Assembly (NCBI RefSeq): GCF_964355755.1
Contig: NC_092676.1
Coordinates: 6,487,888-6,551,887 of the forward strand
Direction of reading: 5' to 3'
From: Antedon mediterranea
Lineage: Eukaryota > Animalia > Echinodermata
DNA length: 64,000 nt
Numbering within the stretch: the stretch's first letter is position 1; each line of letters starts with the position of its first letter. The notes beneath the pieces are model-generated. The model ran no database searches. It saw only the letters and a list, made by a program, of their open reading frames with translations, and was not told where the DNA came from. This document shows, piece after piece, positions 56,919 to 64,000 of this stretch. Position numbers and translations under genes: made by a program.

Positions 56919-57653
56919 AATTTGTAATCGAAGCATGTCGAAGGCGGTTGTACCGAAGTACGGTGGCTGAGACTTTATTGTATGTCGGTCTGGTTTATAG
57001 ACAGCTATTTTGATTAAAACGCTCTCTTTGTTTTTACTGCAGTAGGCCTAGTTCTTTAAGTCGATTTTCAATTCCAAAAAAGATGACGATGCGCGCTCGG
57101 CAACCATCATATTCGCCCGATTGTGTCTATCTGCTGTTCATTATGGGGTTTAATATGCCAAGCTGCATAAAAATGCATCATAATTATGCCCTAACTCGAC
57201 TACTGAAGAAATAATGGATATGCAGTCATACTAATTGTGTAAGCAATGATTAATTATAGGCAGCTGTGGGGATTCCTCATCGAAGTTATTTCTATCGCTC
57301 ATGCTTACAAAACTTTGGTCACTTAGTTCCGACATTAATCATGTCAGAACACAACACAACGTAAAAGCCATCTGATTTTGCTACACAAGAATATACAATT
57401 ATAATTATCATTATAGCGTAATAATAAGAAAACAGTTGATATGATGAGAGAAGTAAAAGTAAACTCTGTTTTACTTATTTTTGTCTCTCTCATAATGATG
57501 AATGTACAACTGTATCATGAAATAACAGAGGGCGCTTTAAAATCTTGACGTCATCAAAATCAACATTCGCCATTTCCATTTTGTAAATCTTTTCATCTGG
57601 GAAAATCAGCAGATAATTTTAATTTAAAACAGCTTGTTTACATGCTAATGTAG

Positions 57654-60600
57654 ATGGCTAAAATGTTTTCTATGGAGGCGTAAGTTTTAAAGCATTTTGT
57701 GTTAATGAAACCTCCAGAAAGAGGCATGTTTAACTTATTTTATGTGTCTAGGCTAGGCTGAGTGACGTGTGCTGTGTTGTGAATCGATTATCTTTTTGGG
57801 TCAATTAAGGGCTGATGAGGGAGACGTTGACGTGACAGCCTAGAGTAGTAGGCCTAGAGGAAAAATGTTGTTTATGACAAATATTTGTCATTTAAATACA
57901 CAATTGAGAATTTATAATAATAATGCTGCAGTGCAGACTGTGTGACAATACCTTATTATACAAAACAATTATTTTTTATTATTTATGTTTTTTTAATTAT
58001 AATAATATTAATAGGCTTAGCCTAGGCCTAATATATTATTAAAAATATTATGGCCTAGGCTACCTGTTGAAAGTAGAATCACTTTTAAAGTGTTACTTCA
58101 TGTCTACAATTGTATAAATAATAATGCGCCCTGTTATCTGAGCAATCTCTTACGGGTGTATAGATGTGCTAAAAGAGAGGCCTGAGGTCCGAGATAGATC
58201 ACACTAGATTGGATCACTGTCTCGAAAAGCGAACCTCTGGAAATAATACTTTCTCAAAATTTGGACCGGTGATGTGGAACGAACTACAGTCTGCAGGGCT
58301 CGCAGAATCCTAAAATATTTGGTTGCCCATCGGGCAAGTAGGTTTTAGATTTTGGTTGCCCTCATCATTTTTTTACTTGCCCACTATTTTAACTTAATTT
58401 TAACGTTTTATACCGCGACTGCACCGCGGAAAAACGTCGGTGAAAAACGCCTATGCTTAATACACTGTGGTGTTTTTTTCGATGGATTTTAAAGTAGTGA
58501 AAATTTCAAATTTTTTCAATTACACAGTGATGTAGGCCAATCTTTTAAGAACATTTTACAGTAATTTATTTTCTCATACGATCCTCCGTACAAGAGTTGC
58601 GATTGTTTAATTAACATGGTGTCCTGAAATCCCTTGAAAACGCTATGTTATTTCTGTTGGTTACGCTTCGTTGCACGGCATTGTTTGTCATCGATCGAAG
58701 ATGTGTTCCGTTTCGTGAATGAAAAAGGCGTATTCACGTGGGTTTACTTTGGGAGCAAAAACGTTTTTCTTCTATTGTGCAATGAAATTCCGAAATCAAG
58801 CTATTTTGCGATATTTAAAATGTAGTGGCCTAGACATGGCACTAATTATCTTACAATTATTTAATAGATATATCTAAAATATTGCCTATAGAAATGTAGG
58901 CCTCCTAGGCCTAAAAAGTTTAAACAAAGTACTTATGAAGGTGATGAGCTTGTAACGCGTTGAAATCATAGAGAAGAAAAAAAAAACAAACATCAACTGA
59001 CGTCCGTCTACGTGACGTGAAACAATACGCATGCGTATAGCAAAAAACCTCACAGCAGCTGCCGTAACGTAGTAGGAGCACATGGGTACGGTGTGTGGAG
59101 AGTGCGGGCTTGTGGAGGTTTGCTTGTTGTTTCAGTTGAAGCTCGCACAGGTTGGATAAAAACAACCATCTGCTCGCACAAGTTGGTGATTGAAAACAAC
59201 ACAAGGGAACTGTGCCGAATTGTGGTGAAAACCACGTGCTCCGCCAAGTTGGAGTTTTTGAAAGTTCAACTCTCGGCGATACCCGAAGAAGTGTATTATT
59301 TTCAATGTTGATAATAAAAATATACTGTAACTATTTAAGTATTCAATGTATTTATTAAATAAATTATTAGGCCTATTAAATTTATATTCTGTAATATTTA
59401 TGAAAAAAATGGTAGGCCTACTTGCCTGTGTTAAAAACATCGGCCGCCGCCTATTTGGCACAGACAATTAAAATTACGTATCTATTATAATTTAATAATA
59501 TACTGTATTGTAGTTTGTACATTTGAACAATAATTACAGTAATTCAGCAAATTATTTATTACACACAAAATACATAACATGAATGTAATTAAACATAGGC
59601 CTAATCTACTATCAGGCTGTAGGCCACATAATTAATACTAAGTAGTAGATTCAGATTTTATTACCACCGTAAAATGATGTCGATAATTGAGAAAAACAAA
59701 AACCAAAAACATACTAGCCCCTATTTTATTTGGTTTATAGTATAACTAGGGAGTTGTTAATTAGAAACTCCCTGGTATAATAACTTCAAATAAGAGCCGA
59801 GAGTTCAACGCTTCCTATTTCGCGATCAATGGATGCCGCAAGAGACCGCGTGCTATATGACAGACCTGGAAACTCTATACGCAACGACTTGATATGCCCG
59901 ACTGCATAGAAACACGTGTTTTGGCTCCTGGAGATAACGTTCCATACCACCGAATTCCGATCCATACATTTACTTAACAAACACTACACTGGTCTCGACG
60001 TCAAGAGAATTCGTTCGTGCGCGACTATTATTTTCATTGTTACAGTTTTTCACAACCCCTGTAAAACATCGTGGACATTTTCGGTGATTTTAAGAGGTTG
60101 CCCGTCGGGACATGACATGTTAAATTTTAGTTGCCCGACGTATTTATTTGGTTGCCGCGGGACGTCGGGCAAGCGATTCTGCAAGCCCTGGTCTGTGATC
60201 CGGGAACAAACTACGGTTTTAAAATTTAAAAAAGCCCTTAAAACACATCTATTTCCTAAAGAAGTGACTCATTGTTGGGTCTGCTGATGTAAAGCGCTTT
60301 GATCATTTTATACTAATTTGGAAAAGCGCTATATAAATAAAATAATAATAATAATAATATTAATAATAGGCCTATCTACTGTAGGCTCGGGGCCTAAATA
60401 TCGGCAATTATTAAATAATTTGTTTGTGCTACAAAGTTGTTTGTATTAAAAACCACACTCAATAAATAATAGATTTGTAGGACAACAGATGGAGTAATAT
60501 ATTATGTACTGTAATTTTAGACACAATGATATGGTTGGATGCATATCCAAGTGTTGGTTTATTTAAATCAAATTGTGTACAGTTTATTGGAATAATTCTG

Positions 60601-62911
60601 ATTTAATAATACAGTAGTCCAGTTTATTAAAGAACCATTTTATGTCTATAGTAACAAACAGGTTTTGTAAATTTAAAATAATATTGTTCTTTAAACAAGG
60701 ATTCATAAGCCCCCCCCCCCCCTACATCTATAATCAGTCATACTGTTTATGCAGTGTAAGTCAATGTTTTTATTGTGCATGATACATGGTCATAATGAAA
60801 TGTGACCACAGCTTGATAAAATGTCCCATCCAAATGAAGCCCTGTGCTAAGGACAAAAACAATGACAGCAGCTTAAACAGATCTTTAACTCATCCCTTCT
60901 CATGCTAGGCCGATTCTTAATTAAACTAAACAGTAACATCAACAGTGTTTATCATTCAGGTTATTCTGAACTTTCCTGACATTTAGTGAATGAGTAATTA
61001 CATGATAAAAGGTTACATTTATAAATTATTATTAATCAAAACCATTTCAATTTTGCCTACAAACACATAATATGTAGAAGAAATAAAAATGAATATCTCA
61101 AAACCATGATTTACTGACAAATTAAAAAAGGAGAATACTGTATGTCCAATGATATCGATAGATAGATATTTATGCTTAAAAAGAAAATTAGTAAGAACGT
61201 TATCAATGTTTTATCTGGCAAAGTTAAGTACATGTATTAGAGGGTATTTAGAGATTTTTTGGGTGGGATGTGTGTTGAAATATTGGGTTTGGAAGATTAC
61301 TGTATGCTTGATGGAAGATTTTGAAAGTGCATATCTTTGCTTTTAAAAATACATTCTTGTGTTAAGCTCTGTCTACACTATTAAACTAATTTGACAAAAA
61401 AGTGTGATGTACCCAAATATGGTAGTGATGCCCAAATATGGTAGTGATCATGTCCATATATGGCCACATTACATTTTTTTTTATTTGATGGGAGTAGACA
61501 GAGCTTTATACATATTGTTTGTGTTGTGATGTGTGAATACAAAAATATTTTTTAATTTGCAATTCAAATCCTGTGTTATAACTGTTTTTAGTTTATTAAT
61601 CATTGTTTCACAATGAAGGTTTTTTTTTATGATTATTAATGGAGAATTGTTTCCTGGTACAGTAGCAATAAAAAACAAATTAGCATTTGACCTTTTGCTT
61701 CTGATTCCTACAAAATAATGTCTACAAACAACAGATGATAATGCCATTCTGCATTTGAAATCAGCACTGCTGACTCTTATGGCAGCCCCTGCATCTAATA
61801 TCTGCCTCAGACATATTGGCTTATGGGCACTGGACAAGAGAAGCCCTTGATCAATGTTAGAACGAATCAAGGTGCTTTAAACAGTCCTGGTTTTGTTTGT
61901 ATCAAAACCTGTTCAGTGGCGGTAATTATCGCTATTGGTTTCGATTGAATAAAAAAACAAAAAGCACTAATAGTAAAAAATAATTTTGTATATTTTTCAG
62001 GTCTGTTCAGATGAGGTTGTACACACTCACTAAGCGGGAATTTGTTCTTGTTTTTGTTGCATTCTTCGCAGCTTTTGGAATTTCAGTACTTGTAGGAATT
62101 GCAGGTTTGTTTCTATATAAAATTAATAATATAAATAATGAATGTTTATGAGTGGAATAGTACAAATAATTTCATGAGGTGGAAGATTTTGAGTGGGTTT
62201 TCGAATTGTGTTGTTTAAAAATAGGCGGCTCTTTTGGGCTTCACAGGAGGTTGTTCACAGTAATTTTTCTTGAGATTTATTTTTTTTTCATACAAAAAAA
62301 AGTACTATTTCATGATCGTTAAATAGTATACTATTGCAAGCCATGTGACCAACAATCGTCCAATCAAATGACAGGAATTTATTTAGGTGTTACTTTATAA
62401 AAACTATTGATTGCTAAGTATACTTTTTCTTTGAGCTACTAGAATACTGTAGTGTTTAAAACAATTTAAAACTGTGTCTTGGAAATAGAAAATATTGTTT
62501 TGCATAGTAATGCCCTCTATAATTTTGGGGATTAAAATTACATTTGGCTGGAAGAAAATGTAGCATCTTCTAGCTTCTAATTTTTAATATCTTTACTTTT
62601 TTTTATTTCAGGCCCTAGTGTGCAGTTTATGGAAAGTACAAATGCAACCAAACTGGGTGAACAAAACGTAAATATAGCGGTAAGTTAAATCCAGTTCCAT
62701 CCAGTTTCAAACTATTCTACTGCAACATGTGTGATTTTATAGGTAACTTCTGTGTTAAGTTTACGAGGCATTAATAAAAGATGTTAAAATGATTTATAAA
62801 TTTATTTATTTTTTTCGCAGACTGGTCCATTCTCACTCAGATCGCCTGCTTTTTCTAGATTTAATCAACAACTTTGGTTAACTGCATTGTTTTATATTAA
62901 AAAGGGAACTG
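57654..62911 (+). CDS. TMEM181: TMEM181 (GPR178) homolog, 5' portion; continues beyond the window
   Basis: Exons 57654 (or 57672)-57679 (MAKMFSMEA), 62001-62104 (SVQMRLYTLTKREFVLVFVAFFAAFGISVLVGIAG), 62612-62679, 62821-62911 (SPAFSRFNQQLWLT). MRLYTL-KR-FVLVF and NQQLWLT are TMEM181 hallmarks. Confidence 0.88.
58120..60365 (+). mobile_element. L2 LINE 3' fragment split in two (58120-58293 and 60191-60365) by a DNA transposon
   Basis: Rejoined reading ..GNNTFSKFGPVMWNELQS|VIREQTTVLKFKKALKTHLF, then tail tgtaaagcgctttga..aagcgctatataaat(aat)n. Confidence 0.8.
58294..60190. mobile_element. 1.9-kb non-autonomous hAT-like DNA transposon with 5-bp TSD
   Basis: TIRs CAGGGCTCGCAGAATC / GATTCTGCAAGCCCTG (15/16 match), flanked by GTCTG at 58289-58293 and 60191-60195; subterminal GGTTGCCC repeats at both ends. 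Confidence 0.88.
61365..61505. mobile_element. MITE family A copy with TTA TSD
   Basis: TTA|AGCTCTGTCTACAC...GTAGACAGAGCT|TTA; two CCAAATATGG and one CCATATATGG. Confidence 0.85.
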
Positions 62912-63039
62912 GTAAGCTATACATCTTAATTATATTATTTATTATTTGAATTTAATTGTCTTTCTATTCTAAGAGGTTACTATACTGTATGCCACTCATA
63001 CCATGTTTTTGTTATTGTTCGGTGTTACACACTAAGAAT

Positions 63040-63205
63040 AGCCCACTAAATTCGTAAACCTGTGGGTCCTTCTGTTAGTTAATTAAGCAGTACACCTCCA
63101 GACAATTGCCTACTTATTTTCGAAGAGTGTATTGCGTTATTTAACATGCACATGAGCCATGTTGCACACAACCAACAGCTTAACATCTCATCCGAAAAGA
63201 CGGTA
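63040..63205 (-). mobile_element. Deu-domain SINE fragment
   Basis: Reverse complement ccgtcttttcggatgagatgttaaagc...gcatgttaaataacgcaatacactcttcgaaaataagtagg resembles the Deu domain. Confidence 0.6.
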
Positions 63206-64000
63206 TACGCTACAGTATACATATATTCTAACCAGCAAGTTGGAACACATGGAGAGCGTCAATAGATAGAGTTTGTTGTCTATTATTACAACAAATCTGA
63301 TCAGCACATTAAGAAGTTTCTAAAAATTCTAAAGCCATTATTGAAAATAGATTCGGAAGAAAATGGCACTTCTATGATTCGTAACTACGTGCTTGACAAA
63401 CTTAGAGTACAACTTTACATCCATTATTGATATTACTATTAAATATTCATAACGTAAACGCAAATGAAATATGTCAAGAAGAAATGAGTACGCTTTAGAA
63501 ATAAGGTCAGTTGTCGGCAATCGTTTAAAGCTACACTCTCGGGAAGTTTAAAATTGTAAAATTGTTATTTGATGGTACAGTTGGACAATTATTGATCAGA
63601 GGTGAAGTTAGGAGACTCTGATGAGACTTTTAAAGTGATATTTGCCGACTTTATGCAGTATTATTTTAAAAAATATGTCTTGTGCTTTACTAAGAAACTT
63701 TAAAAAAAATTCTTTTATTAATATTGTCAGTATTTTTTAGGTAATATTTATAAAAAATATAGTAACAAAATATGTTTTTAATTAGATAATACTGGATGAG
63801 GCTTAAGCTCGGTCCACACTATTCAATTCAATTTCTTTATTGCTGCGAATGCCATCAAGGGCTAATATCCGCTTAAACATACTGTACTACATCATACAAA
63901 CATATATATATATATATATAAATCATCATCAAATTATTCTACTGCAGTTACTGCAGAATTAATTTGTTTCAATTTAGTTAGAGATTTATTTTGGCATTTT

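Noticed and set aside
58886-59467. ORFs inside the hAT-like element as a transposase
   Set aside because: Short, with no recognisable BED or DDE motifs; at most a decayed remnant.

Overview
AT-rich eukaryotic (animal) genomic DNA with GT-AG introns. The repeat content (Deu- and Meta-domain tRNA SINEs, L2 LINE tails, many MITEs) suggests an invertebrate deuterostome such as an echinoderm; this is inference. Five protein-coding genes were reconstructed by hand: an intronless PRSS23/PRSS35-like serine protease (minus strand), an 11-exon MFI/C11orf65 homolog with an extended multi-IQ N-terminus, a transgelin/myophilin-like calponin-family gene with two duplicated alternative terminal exons, a 7-exon HUNK-like AMPK-related kinase, and the 5' part of TMEM181. 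There is also a tandem tRNA-Leu(TAA) array. Main observations: (1) a perfect 53-bp inverted repeat abuts the exon-4 donor and the exon-6 acceptor of the kinase and loops out a frame-shifting exon; (2) the same kinase has GG instead of AG at the acceptor of its VAIK exon, which is also bracketed by complementary MITE halves; (3) the transgelin-like gene has two swappable actin-binding C-termini; (4) a Harbinger-type MITE family spreads and amplifies perfect CArG boxes. All family assignments are from memory and no database searches were run.
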